Positions 29,441 through 42,036 of a stretch of DNA of 64,000 nucleotides are shown one piece after another. The stretch comes from the human T2T-CHM13v2.0 reference genome, Homo sapiens, in the NCBI RefSeq assembly GCF_009914755.1, contig NC_060926.1, one strand, 5' to 3'. A program made the translations under genes and the position numbers. Each line of letters begins with the position of its first letter. Within the stretch, counting starts at the first letter, position 1. The notes beneath the pieces were generated by a model that was not told the DNA's origin, did not search any database, and worked only from the letters and a program-made list of their open reading frames with translations.

Positions 29441-30823
29441 TCACTCTTGAGAAATTTAATATATGCAAAGAAATACATTTAAAGTAAAAAAAACCACACA
29501 CACAAATATATTGATCATGAGCACTGAAGGCAAAAAATAATTAGCATTACTCAAGTAATTTATGATCCTAATGGGCACTGAGCCATGTGCTGCAGGCCTT
29601 AAGTCATTCAGTAACAGAGTCTTTCTGAGCTCTGGTTCTATAAAAAGCACCATGTCACATACTGTTGGCAATTGTCAAGAAAATTAAAGACATTAAGCCC
29701 TTGAACCTTATACTTGTATTTTTTTTCCTCAAGAATGCAAGATGGAATATATATCTCAGAAAAACTGTAATCAGTTTGAGACATATGATATGTATACTTA
29801 GGCTTCATTTCCTCATTTTGCATTATAGATGTTTTGCTGAGCTGTTGACTGTAAGTGGAATCATTTGAAATGCGTGATTTCAAGGAACCCTGCCGTGATT
29901 TCTTTTACTAAGCAGAGGAGAACCTTTTTAACATGGATAAATTACTGTAAATGTTCTTTCCTCTAAATCTGATTTGGTAAATTGGGTGTTTCCTGAGCAG
30001 GCCTAAATGGACAAATGTGTGCATATGCATGTATAACGTACCTTAGTCAATCTGTGTAATCAGAGGCAGGAATTGTGGGTTGACCTTGCCAGGGAATTTT
30101 TAAGCAGAACTGACTGCAGCCAGTGGTCAGCGAGGGCCACTTCTTCCTAGACTTTGCATAACTCCAAACAGCCACAAGCCAAGGACAGTCATTCTGAGTA
30201 AGCAGGAATGGAGAGAAGGAAATCAATATTATCATCAGTGTTGTTTAACATTTCTTTGTTAAGCTTCACAGCCTAACAAATATTTTACAACTCGTTTGTT
30301 CCCTAGTCTGGTTAACCAAGAAAAAAATCCGGAAGGAAACGAGCTCTGTTCTCAAGCTTCTGGGAGGGAACTTACTGTTCTCTTTAACCAGTTAAAGGCC
30401 ATTAAAAGCGTGTGGTTTTCCTTTAAGGCTCTTACTTAAATAGACAAAATTCAGGACATTTTTACTGGAGGTACCCCTTACTTCTTTCATTTATGTGTAG
30501 ATGGCACAAATATCATCCCTGTGGCAAGGGCTGTAGCTGGATAGAAGAATGGCATATTTTGAAATGGAAAGACAGGTTGATAGCTAGGGAGATGTCTCTC
30601 CAGCCTCTTGGCCCTTACCTGCAGCTCCTTCCCACATGGGGGCAGAGATCAATGGGGCCAAGAGCAAGTCATCTGGCAGAGTAGGGACTCCCCAGGACAC
30701 TCCCAGCCATTCTTCCCAGTGTATATCATATGAATGGACAAAAGGAGGTCGCAGGTGACATTGGCCTCCAAAAGTGCAAATGCAGCTTGTTCTGTAGAGA
30801 GGTATAGCTCAGTGGTAAGTTGC

Positions 30824-30850
30824 AAAAAAAAAAAAAAAAAAAAAAAAAAA
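30824..30850 (+). repeat. Poly(A)27 tract
   Basis: Directly visible and not attached to an Alu or L1 body. Confidence 0.95.
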
Positions 30851-30966
30851 GCATAAAATAACTCTTTCTTAAGTCAGACGCCTTGAAGTCAAACATACTG
30901 GAAGTCAGTGTACCTTAGTAAAGAGAGACCCAGTTTCAGCTTGTCTGTAAAAGGGCTCTCATGGAC

Positions 30967-31190
30967 ATTTATTTATTTATTTACTTATTTATTTTCGAGA
31001 TGGAGTCTCGCTCTGTCACCCACGTTGGAGTGTAGTGGTGTGATTTCGGCTTACTGCAATCTCCGCCTTCTGGGTTCAAGCGATTCTCCTGCCTCAGACT
31101 TCAGTAGCTGGGATTACAGGCGCGTGCCACCACCCTGGCTAATTTTTGTATTTTTAGTAGAGACAGGGTTTTACCATGTTGGCCAGGCTG
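30967..31190 (-). mobile_element. AluS, 5'-truncated, with (ATTT)n tail
   Basis: Right arm and partial left arm ending at CCATGTTGGCCAGGCTG. Confidence 0.95.
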
Positions 31191-31539
31191 ACAGGGACTT
31201 TTAGAGGGCCCTTTTCTGGAGTATTCAAAGTTGCATTTAATTCTCTGTTGAGTGAACCTGAGAATCTTGACAGTTTCCTTAGAAGGGGCACTTTGCATTT
31301 CTCTGGAAGAGCCTTTCTGGTTCTTCATCTTATTGGGGTTGCCATGAAAGTAGGGCATACTGGAAATCTAATGCTCAGAAATTTAGCTCCACTCTCACCA
31401 TTTTCTTTAAGAATAGAAAGTTCTGCCAACTAGAAGCAAGGGTAATATAAAAGTTATTGTGGGTAGAAACTGAGGAAATGTACCAGGCAATAGTCTTATA
31501 ATAAATGAACTTAAGGAAGAGAAAGTCGACTCTACAGTA

Positions 31540-31750
31540 AATGATAACAGAAAGAGCACAGTCTTTAGAATCTGACACACTGACTTTGAATATCTGCTTT
31601 GTCAATTAACTTTGTGACCACAGGTAAAGTTATTTAACTTCCCAGGACCTTATTTTCATGAGATTGCTCTGAATTTTTATTGAGAATACACATATTAAGC
31701 ACTTAAAACACTGGCAGGCATAAGACTAATTGCTCAAGATATATTGGTTT
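31540..31750 (+). mobile_element. MIR
   Basis: AAGAGCACAGTCTTTAGAATCTGAC...TGTGACCACAGGTAAAGTTATTTAAC...AAGCACTTAAAACA. Confidence 0.75.
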
Positions 31751-33045
31751 TCCCTTCCTTTACCTTCTTTTTGGTTTTTGGCTAAATTTGAATACTCCTT
31801 CTGTTTTAATATTTTAAGATAAAATGTCTGCAAAGAAGACACAATTATAATTAGCAAGGATAAAATAAACTAAAGCTAAGGAGATAATGTTTAATTTTAT
31901 TTGTACATAAGGGTATATAATAGTAAGTATATGGAAATTGTACTTTCCCCATTTCCTCTTGCCAAGATGTATAAAATGGAGTTGTCATTTATAAGCAGTA
32001 ATGGACAATGTAAAACACTAGTGTCATCCTAAAGCTTTGCTTTCAGTAAGCCTTACTAGTATTTAGAATTTTACTCTACAATGTGATGGTGGTTAACGTG
32101 CTAATCATGAGAAACCATTAAAATCCCTATGATTCAACGCATCGCACACTCTATTTCCAAACCGATTTGAGCTGGGTTAAATCTGAAACAAAATGTTAAA
32201 TGTGAAACAAAACTAGTGTGTGGCAAGCAATAGTTTCTTCTAAGCCCCAATAACTCAAATATTTTTCATTAAAATACACACCAACCAAAAGAGACCTAGA
32301 CCTGATGCCTGGAAAATGCATTTATTTTTTCCTTTTTTATTTTTAAACAAAGCAAGGAGTTGAAAACGTCAGAAATAATGAAACCAGCATATTTTTATTA
32401 CTCTGTTCTTACAAGAACTTATTTTTAATGAAATTTAGTTTAAAACAAAAAATCTTGTTCCTAGGTTGAATTTTTTTGCGTGGCACATTCCAGCCTGGGG
32501 CTATCTTTTATTGGCTAAGTTATAAATCCCAGAAAAGGGGGTTTTATAGTGGAAATGCTGACAGAACCCGCATAGTGCTACTGGGTGCCTCTCTAATTAG
32601 TCTGAAATCCTGAAAGCTGAATTCCATAATATGTGGCCTGTACTGTAGCAAGACTACAGTGTGGCCAAACCCCCAAGCTTAACTGGGCATTTCATGTGCA
32701 ATCAGGGTTTCATATAGACTATGGTGGAGCCTTTTACAGTTGTAAAATGCTAGTACTTTTAAGGGAGAGAAAGCTTTATTGGTCCTCTTACTTATTTGAA
32801 TGTGAAAGAGAGTTGTTTGGATATTTTTTTGATAATCTAGGAATCCCTGGCATGAGTGCCCCACTTTGCAGACAATGAGTTTCCACCTGGGCCTGGACAC
32901 TCGGATTTCTAGAGATTCATTTTAGCATCCATTTAAACGGCTTCCATAAAACCAACTTTCATTTGTGCTCAAGTGCTTGATACTAATGTTGACAGAGAAA
33001 CATCCCACCAGGGAACTGAAGTGAGTGAAAGACAGGACATGTAGC

Positions 33046-33048
<3 letters not shown>

Positions 33049-33101
<53 letters not shown>
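33049..33101 (+). repeat. (AC)26 perfect microsatellite
   Basis: Directly visible. Confidence 0.98.
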
Positions 33102-33102
<1 letters not shown>

Positions 33103-33318
33103 CTTTCCTGTTTGGTTTGCCCTCTTTGTCCTGCCTCTAGCCTGACTTGCCTGGTCTAGGCCCTCACTTGCCTGGAATGATTATAGGCTCTCACACTTGC
33201 CGGGTGCAGACCTGATAGGGCCAATGTCTCTTGCAGCTGCAGAGCCCAGTCAAAAGATCACTGAGCTTCAGTGCTGGCCTAGAAATAAGCTGGGAAAGCT
33301 CTCTCCTCAGGACCTTAT

Positions 33319-33421
33319 AAGAAAGAAGAAAAGAAAAGAAGAGAAGAGAAGGGGAAGGGGAAGGGGGGAAGGAAGGAAGGAAGGATGGAAGGAAGGAAGG
33401 AAACGAAAAGAAAAGAAAAGA
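33319..33421 (+). repeat. GA-rich polypurine low-complexity tract
   Basis: About 100 nt with only two pyrimidines, built from GAAAA, GGGGAA and GGAA units. Confidence 0.95.
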
Positions 33422-34869
33422 CAAAAATACCAGATTCAGTTTACAAACGGACCCCATGTCAGACAGGCCCACAGCTTATGAAATTGCCCTTCCCTTGCTC
33501 CACTCTGATCTTGATTTCCCTCTTATTTCCCCTTCATCTTTTTGTTGCTTGGTTTGCTTTGGCTGTGGGTTGTAAGAGGTTAGGGACACACACTGAACAA
33601 CCTTTTTAAACTTCCCAATGATTGTCCAAGAGGGTCACATCCCCAAAGTAAAAAACCAGGATAACAAAATGTCAGAAAGACTAGAAGTTCCCACAAACAT
33701 CCTGGACTGCAATGCTAGCACCTTTTGGCTGAAAACTCCACAGGCATAGGGTTGGTCCCACAGAAACCTGTTAGGGAATATTTTCTTGAAATTGTGGCAA
33801 CCAGGTTACCTTTTTCCTGGAACTTGCCATCTCTCAGCACAATGTTTTTGGTCCAGAAATTACTGCTTAGCAATTTTCAGGGTAAGTAGTATAAAAAGAC
33901 AACAGAGATCTGTGCTAGAAATGAACTCCTTATAATAATAATAATAACAGCAATAGCAAACATAGTTTCTTCCCATCTTTTTTGTCTTGCTGAAGTACAC
34001 AGTGAAGTGATTAATATGTTTGTACTTAGCTAACATGAGTTCCAATATAATTTTTAAAATAAATTACATGCTAAATAAATAACTAAAAATAATGTACTGT
34101 TTATATGCATTTATAAATTGAACATTTCACAGGAGAAAAACCTTTCAGAGAAAAATCTTGAATTTGATCAGCAAAAAATGAGGTTGCCTTTTTCCCCTCC
34201 TTTTTGTTTTTTGTTTCCTTCTTCTGTGAGAGAGCTACCTTTAACATGACCCAATGATTAGTCTTACTGAGATTTAAATGAATGTAATTTGGAAAAAAAC
34301 TCATCTTGGATTTCTCAAGGTCCATTTTCATTACAAATATTCTCTTAATTCTAAGACCATAGGTTAAATCATGCACTCTGCTTTGGGGTTTGGAAATACA
34401 TAATCATTTGGCTCACAATTCAACAAGCTCTTCAGAAAGTAGACAATCACTTCTTCAGTGGGGTGTGGGTGTGTTGAATGTCCATATAGTGGGGAGAAAG
34501 AGAGAAAACCAAAGAACAACATCAAAATTATTTATGCAACTATATTTACCGTATTGAAAAGAAACTATTTTACGGAAGAAAGCCTTGAGTAAAAGGAGTG
34601 ATGCACGATGAGTCAACTCCCTAGGATTTAGTGGATTGAACTTGCAACAATGTACCATGCAACAAAGGCCATGAAAGCTGCTGGAGCAATGGCACTCTGC
34701 GCTCCTCATTTTTTGGGAGTAAACTGCGGGTATGAACAGTTCACCCACTAAAAGCATGGACAGAAGTTGGAGAGCTGATCCTAAAGTTTGCATGAAAGAT
34801 AATAAAAAATAGTCGAGGCAGATTTGAAGATGATTAAAAGGCGAAAGTTATTTTGGAATATCTTAAAGC

Positions 34870-36075
34870 TTTTTTATAAAGGTACAGTAATTAAGACATT
34901 TGAGTATTGGTTAAAAGGCAGAACAATAGACCAGTGAAAGAACAGAGAGCCCCAAAACAGACACTCTGCAGAGCACTGGACACTCTGCAGAGATAGCATG
35001 AGATTTCAGTGGATTCATAATTTAAAAAATATTGTTGGGCCAAGTGGGTATCTATGTAAACGTGGAGATTACTTGTCTCATACCATATGCAGAAGTACAT
35101 TTCAGTTGTGTAAAAAAGAAAAATTTTTAAACTTTTAGAATTAAATTTTTTAACTTTCAGAATTTTTTATATACATTTTAATGTATGTAGAAAATGTCTA
35201 TATAAAAATGGGAAGGAAAAGGATATGTTAAATAAAAGATACAAACCATATTGGAAAATATTGATGAATTAAACTAAATTAAATGCAAACTGGGAAACAA
35301 GCTGCAGACAGGGAGAAGATATTATATTTGCAATATATATAAATGATCAAAAATATTAAACTGTGTGTATGTATGTGTGTGTACACACACACACTTATTT
35401 ATTAGTGCTGGTAGTATAAATCATCCAAACCCTTTGGAAAAAATCTGGCAATATCTAATATGGTTGAAGTTGAGCATACCTATAACACAGCAATTCCTAG
35501 TCTAGGTGTATATAATAAAGAGACATTTGTTCATGTGTACAAGGAGTCCTGTTTAAGGCTATTCACTGCAGTATTGAAATGGTAAAAAATTGGAAACAAC
35601 ATAAATGTCTGTCAAGTATGAAACAGAAATATAAATTGTAAAATCATAAAATGAAACAATACTATACAGTGGTTAAAATGAATGAATTAGATCTACATGT
35701 ATTTCCATGGATACATTTCAGAAACATGTAGTTGATTAAAAAAGAAAATTTGCAAAAGCATATATACACTATATGCACTTTAAAATAATTAATAATTTTT
35801 AAAAATCACTAGACATTTCTATTTTGTTGTGGATACGTGTATATGCTGAAAAGTATAATGATAAAGTGATGAAGAATATATTACATCTTTCCGATAGTTG
35901 TTTCCTCCGAGGAACAAGCAGCAGGAATAGTTAAATCTACATAGATTTCTTTTATTTTTTTAATAAAAGATCTGAAGCAAATAAGGCAAAATGCTAACTT
36001 TTGTTAAATCTGCATAGTATTACTGTCATAGTATTTTCTGTGCTTTTTAGTATGTTTGAAATATTATTAAAAGAG
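34870..36075 (+). mobile_element. L1ME 3' portion
   Basis: ORF2 relic ACAGTAATTAAGACA...ATAGACCAGTGAAAGAACAGAGAGCCC. L1ME terminus TCTGAAGCAAATAAGGCAAAATG...TATGTTTGAAATATT. Confidence 0.8.
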
Positions 36076-36377
36076 AAAAAGGATCATAAATATTAGCTCT
36101 TTTAGATCTTTGCTCTCCAAAATTGTCCACATTCTAAGACCATCTGTTGGAAACAAGAAATATAAGAATTTCTATTTGTATTTTAAATCTCCTCTTAATA
36201 TTTCCATTTTTGTGTGTATAATTTATAATGTATATAGGTTATTAGCATAGTAGGACACATATTATTAATAAAAAGTCTATATGTAGGTATATGAAAGTCT
36301 CCCTGATGAGAATGTGCAATACAAAGTTCTCTGAAGACAGTCTAAATCTTTAGGCAACGTCACTCATCTATATTCCC

Positions 36378-36501
36378 GCAATCTCAAGATAATTCCCATT
36401 TATATTTTATATAAATATATCTTTCCAACTTTTTTCTATGCAACCTCAAGATAATTGTTGTTTATATTTTATATAAAAATATCCTTCCAACTTTTTTCTA
36501 T
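36378..36501 (+). repeat. Tandem duplication, 2 x 62 bp
   Basis: GCAATCTCAAGATAATT...CCAACTTTTTTCTAT occurs at 36378-36439 and 36440-36501 with several substitutions. Confidence 0.92.
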
Positions 36502-36639
36502 GCAAATTCATATATATACTTAAAAATTGGAGCATATTATGCAAAATGTTTTTGACATACTTTTTTCGCTTATATATAAACAACTTTCTATCTCAGTAAG
36601 TCATTTTCTTCAATATTATTTATTCAGCTATAACTTTTT

Positions 36640-37200
36640 TGCTAGACTTTTTGCAATATTATTTTTAATAACATTTCTGATTATAAAAATCATAGATATT
36701 CATTGTAGAAAATATGAAAAATACAAAGAGAAACTTCTAAATGACTCATAATCCTGCTACTCAAAGAAAACCGAGATCAATATTTTGGTGTGTTTCCATT
36801 CTTGTGTGCCCATTCTTGTCCATTTATGGTATATAGACCATAATTCCAATTTTGTAAAACTGTCAAACACTAGCATATACAGTTTTGTCTTTTTTTAACT
36901 TGACGTTTTTCATAAGCATTTCTTCATGCTTTAAATGTTCTTTTAAAACTTTAATTTTAATGTTTGTACAGTTTCCATCAAATGGATTGACCATAAGCCA
37001 CTTAACCAGGCCTATATTGTTGGACATTGCCGATATTTCTAGTTTATTACTATTGTAAATAACACTGTAATAAACAGTCATATTGAAATTTTGGTAAGCC
37101 TTGGTGATTATGTCCTTATGATAGACATTGGGTCAAAGGGCAAGAACCTTTTTGAGGCTCTTAATACATATTACCAAGTTGTTTTCCAGAAAGAATATGG
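36640..37200 (-). mobile_element. L1ME 3' fragment
   Basis: ACTTAACCAGGCCTATATTGTTGGACATT...TATTGTAAATAACACTGTAATAAACA...TTGGGTCAAAGGG. Confidence 0.7.
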
Positions 37201-38827
37201 CAGTATTTTATACTTACACATAACTGATATGGGGATATATAAAATACATCAAAAGTTTTATTTTCATATAATTTAAATGGGCATATTAATTCATGGAATG
37301 AATCTGTCCTTAAATTTGATAGAATAATCTGTGGTTATGATTTAATTTGCTTTGAAATCCACAGATAAAAGTAATTCTTAGAAAGATAAATAATAATTGA
37401 TATATTAGTCATCTAACTTAAAAGTGTCCTTTTAGGGAACACTGGAAACTAAAAGAAAAAAAAGTGAATGTCTTTTTTGTGGTTAAAAAAGACCCTGGAA
37501 ATACTATAAATTTACATGTAAATTATTAAGACTGCCTCAAAAAATAGAGAAAAAATATACTTGGAAGAGGAAAAGATTCAATGCTTTTCAAATAATACAG
37601 ACCATAATTGGAGCTTATTTATAAAACATTTTCATTATTAAAACCAAAACATATGGTTGTTTTTCATGAGAGTTGGCAAGTGTTTTTATTGCTTTATAAA
37701 AAATTATTGAATTATGCCCTATAAATCTAATCGGCATATAGATTTTTAATGGTATATATTCTCTTTCATTAACTTAGAGCTGTTTTCCATAAATACTGAA
37801 TAGTGGTTAAAGCTCAAAATGAGGGGATATAAGGTTAGAGCTAGATGTTTAAAACTTAGACAAATCCAATTTTGAAACATAATTTTAGAACATGTTCTAG
37901 GTCCTTAGGATTTGCAGGGCAGGCTTACTAAGGTAATCTCTAAAGGAATGCTTTATCCTAACTTCTACTTTGGGGTATAAATACTACCCATAGAAAAACA
38001 AAGACGGGGTTATTAAGTAGTTTTTAACTTCAGAAACCAATAAAAGTCAGAACTCTCTGCCCACAAGAATGAGTTTGTTTACTGTGTGCATACTTTTTAA
38101 CACCCAGTAGCTATGAAATTTCAGATAATTTTTGTCAGTCTCCATCCATGAAGGCAGAGTTGCATGGAGATAAAGACCAAAACTGTCACAATTGCTCTTT
38201 AGAATGTGAAAACAAACCAAAGTAAAATGTATTTTGTTGAAGTTTGGAAGTCAGTTCAGTCCATTAAAATAGCTTTTGTTTGTTTATGCCACTTCCTGCC
38301 TTTCATGAATGGGTTCTGAGTACCTCCAGAGACAGCTGTCCATCAGATTTCTTTGGGAGATGACTGAGGAGGGAGTACTTACATGCTAGGAAGACGGACA
38401 ATGAATAGGGAGACAGGAAGTATGATTGCTCTTCTTGGAGCTCCTTATCCCAGCTGCCATGCCCTAGAAGATCAGTGGGTGCCATGAATATTCCAGGGGT
38501 AAAATAGGGATACTGTAATTTATTGAATTTAAATCATGATGACTTTTATTGTTGGAATGGGGTAATGGGAAGAAATAGTTTTATGCAGACCCATAGATAG
38601 ATCCTTAATTGTTGGATCCAAACCCAAAATACATTGAACAATAGTATAGTATGGGAATAAACTCATATTTCTCTGTGTGTGTATTTTAACAACAAACTAT
38701 ATTTTTGTTTCCTTAGAAATTGAAGATGAACTTATAAATAAATACATACTTATTGATGATGATGTGTCCAGCTATGTTCAAGTGAGAAAAAGAAGTATGA
38801 GCCATGGTTTCCTGCATATAAGGAATC

Positions 38828-39126
<299 letters not shown>

Positions 39127-39379
39127 TAATCTACCTGGGAACATTACAACATGGGGAAAAATGAGACCAAAAGATGATAGCCTTGTTTTGAAACTGACAT
39201 TGCCATAGGAATTAACTCAGCTAATGATGTCTATGTGTTCTTAGGGTCACTGAATCTCCTTCTATTGATGATTGAGCCAACTAATTCAAATAGGTATTCA
39301 AAAGACACAGCTAACACATTCTCAACAGAGTCAACTGTGGCCTTCGTACTAGGAAAGAGTGGCAAGGCATATCGCATAA

Positions 39380-39730
39380 TGGCACTGGAGTTACACTAGA
39401 CCCAAGCTCAAGTACTTCAGTACTTTCCTTACTATATACCTTGGGTAGGTGCCTTAAACATCCTGAGCCACAGTTTTTCTGTCTGTAAAGTGGGGTATGT
39501 ATTCCATAGCATTGCTGTAAGAATTTTTTTTTTAATTTTAACTTTACTTTTGTGGGTACATAGTAGATGCATACATTTATGGGGTACATGAGGTGTTTTG
39601 ATACAGGCATGCAATGTATAATAATCACATCATATAAAATTAGTATCCATCTTGTCAAGCAATTATCCTTTGTGTTACATGCTGTAAGAATTAAAAGAGT
39701 TCTGCATGAGAATGCCTAGGACATAAAGAA
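39380..39730 (+). mobile_element. MIR split by an L1MA insertion
   Basis: CCTTGGGTAGGTGCCTTAAACATCCTGAGCCACAGTTTTTCTGTCTGTAAAGTGGGG. The MIR continues after the TSD. Confidence 0.7.
39524..39679 (-). mobile_element. Very short 5'-truncated L1MA 3' end
   Basis: Poly(T) plus TTGTGGGTACATAGTAG...ATGGGGTACATGAG...GATACAGGCATGCAATG. Perfect 13-bp TSD TGCTGTAAGAATT at 39513 and 39680. Confidence 0.92.
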
Positions 39731-40589
39731 ACATCAGATTTCCTTGAGTCAAAGATGTCATCAATTGGGCAATATATCTTTGGCCAAATAACAACTTTGG
39801 AAAAAAAGAAGCATTAGATTAAATACAACCATTGAATAAAACCTGCTAATAGTATATATTTTTGTACTTTCTTATCACACTCTAAGTTTGCAACTTAGCT
39901 TTCTCCATATTGAGATTAAGTCTTCTGAATCACTTTTGGTAATCAATAGTTATGTATATTTAGCAAGGCTGTGCCATGTGGCTTTCCATAGCTGACAGTT
40001 TTGATCTTGATCTTGTTAGGACTGAAAATATAATTTTTGAGGGTTATGGAAGAGAACTAGGTTTTATCTGTATTTCCTGTTCGGTTAAACATGTGGCATT
40101 TTTCTCCTTAGCTAAAGGAAATTAAGTAGCTTTTCTTGAAATTCAAGTGGAAATTCCTGACAGACAGATATTTGCTGCTTGAGAGACGATCCCTCATGAT
40201 GCATGAATCAGTCACATCAGCCTGTCTTCTAAAAATTTGCTGGATTTGGCAAGTTCTGCTGCCTCTAGTCACATTGCCAAGCACAAAACAAGCATTCTTC
40301 TATGTTCCCAATAACTTTTTATGTAAATGCTACATCATAATGTAATCTTTTTGAAGATATTTTCAAGACAGTTAAGGATACACATTTAAATAAATTTCAT
40401 CTATTTGTGCTATCAATGCAAATAACTTACTTGAGATGATAATCGGATAAACAGATACTCCTAAGTAAGCCTGATGTCACATATACTCATGCGATAAACC
40501 ACTTACTTAGAAGGCAACAGTTTTCTTCTGACATCAACTGTAAGACTTTCTCCACCTCCAAAACATGAAAATGTGCCTCTTAAAATGAA

Positions 40590-40990
40590 GGAAATGATCA
40601 GGTAGAGAAGGAGAGAGAGGGCCTCTGAGGCAGAAGAGGTGGCTTATGCAGCAGCACAGAGATGGGGATGTGGAGCCTGTTCAGTGCAGGGGAGCAGAGA
40701 GTGTTGGGAAGAAATCACAATGGATTGGAAGCTTGAACCCATCTGTTAGCTGACTAGTTGCCATTTGCATTAATTTGGATTTAATTGTTTGAGATGCCAT
40801 GAAAGGCTTATAAGCAAAGAAGTGACACAGTCTGAGCTTAGCAAAGGCATTTTTGTGATATTGGGTGGAAGACAGAAATGGAGAAGGGGAGCTACGTGGA
40901 TATGTTGAAGGTACAGGTGAGAGAAAATGCAAGCCTCAATTAAATGAGACATTTAGAAGGGGGAGTTCATGAGTTGGTGACCATCCGAAT
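40590..40990 (-). mobile_element. L2 fragment
   Basis: Purine-rich GGCTTATAAGCAAAGAAGTGACACAGTCTGA... is typical of antisense L2. Confidence 0.55.
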
Positions 40991-42036
40991 GGGATATTCT
41001 ACTAATTAGCTATGTTGAGTCATCCAGTAATATCTCTAGAAAGAAAATATTTTAACTTCTTGGTGTGAAGCAAAGCAAACCAAAATCTAAAATTGCAATG
41101 ATAGTATCTTGCTTTTTCTAGAGTACGTGTTTTCAAGGATAAATAATTTAATTTTGTCCTGGTATATTATTCCTTGCAAGTGAGCAGTATGTTTCTTGGC
41201 AAGGTCATGGTCACAAATGGGGATTCTGGGGTCAGAGAGACTCAGATGGCTTTTCCACATAGCCAAGGAACCACCAGCACAATTGTGACAGGTCTGCAGA
41301 GAGACAGTCCCTATCTTCTTCCATTCATTTAAGTTTGGCAGGGAAGCTTTAGAAAGTAGGACAGGCAACTTGGAATTAGGAAATTGGTATGTAGACCTTA
41401 GGTGGGGTATGTAAACAAATATATTTACAGATGTGAAGTTGTAGCATTTAAGGTAGTGATAAGGCATTTAGGAGTTAAAACTTTCTTTTAGCCTGTATTC
41501 TAACTGTGAGGTAGGATGCAAAAATAAGAAACACAGTGTAGTTATCTTAATAAATAGTATGCACTGTAAAAATACCCGAGTGATATGTTTGGTTCTGTGT
41601 CTCCACCAAATCTCACCATGAATTGTAATCCTCATAATCCCCATGTGTCAAGGGTGGGACCAAGTGGAGGTAATTGAATCATGGAGGTGGTTTTCCCCAT
41701 GCTGTTCTTGTGATAATGAATAAGTCTCACGAGATCTGATGGTTTCATAAGCATCTGGCATTTCCCCTGCTGGCACTCATTCTGTCTCCTGCCCTCCCTG
41801 TGAAGAGGCGCCTTCCACCATGATTGCAACTTTCCTGAGGCCTCACCAGCAATGCAGAACTGTGAGTCAATTAAACCTCTTTCCTTTATAAATTATTGTC
41901 TCAGGTATTTCTTCATAGTAGTGTGAGAATGGACTAGTACAGTAAATGGGTACTGAGGTAGTGGGGCGCTGCTGTAAAGATAACTGAAAATGTGAAGTGA
42001 CTTTGGAACTGAGTAACAGGCAGAGGTTGGAACAGT

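Noticed and set aside
30801-30872. Intact tRNA gene
   Set aside because: Only the 5'/A-box part matches. There is no anticodon arm, T-loop/B-box or acceptor-stem partner.
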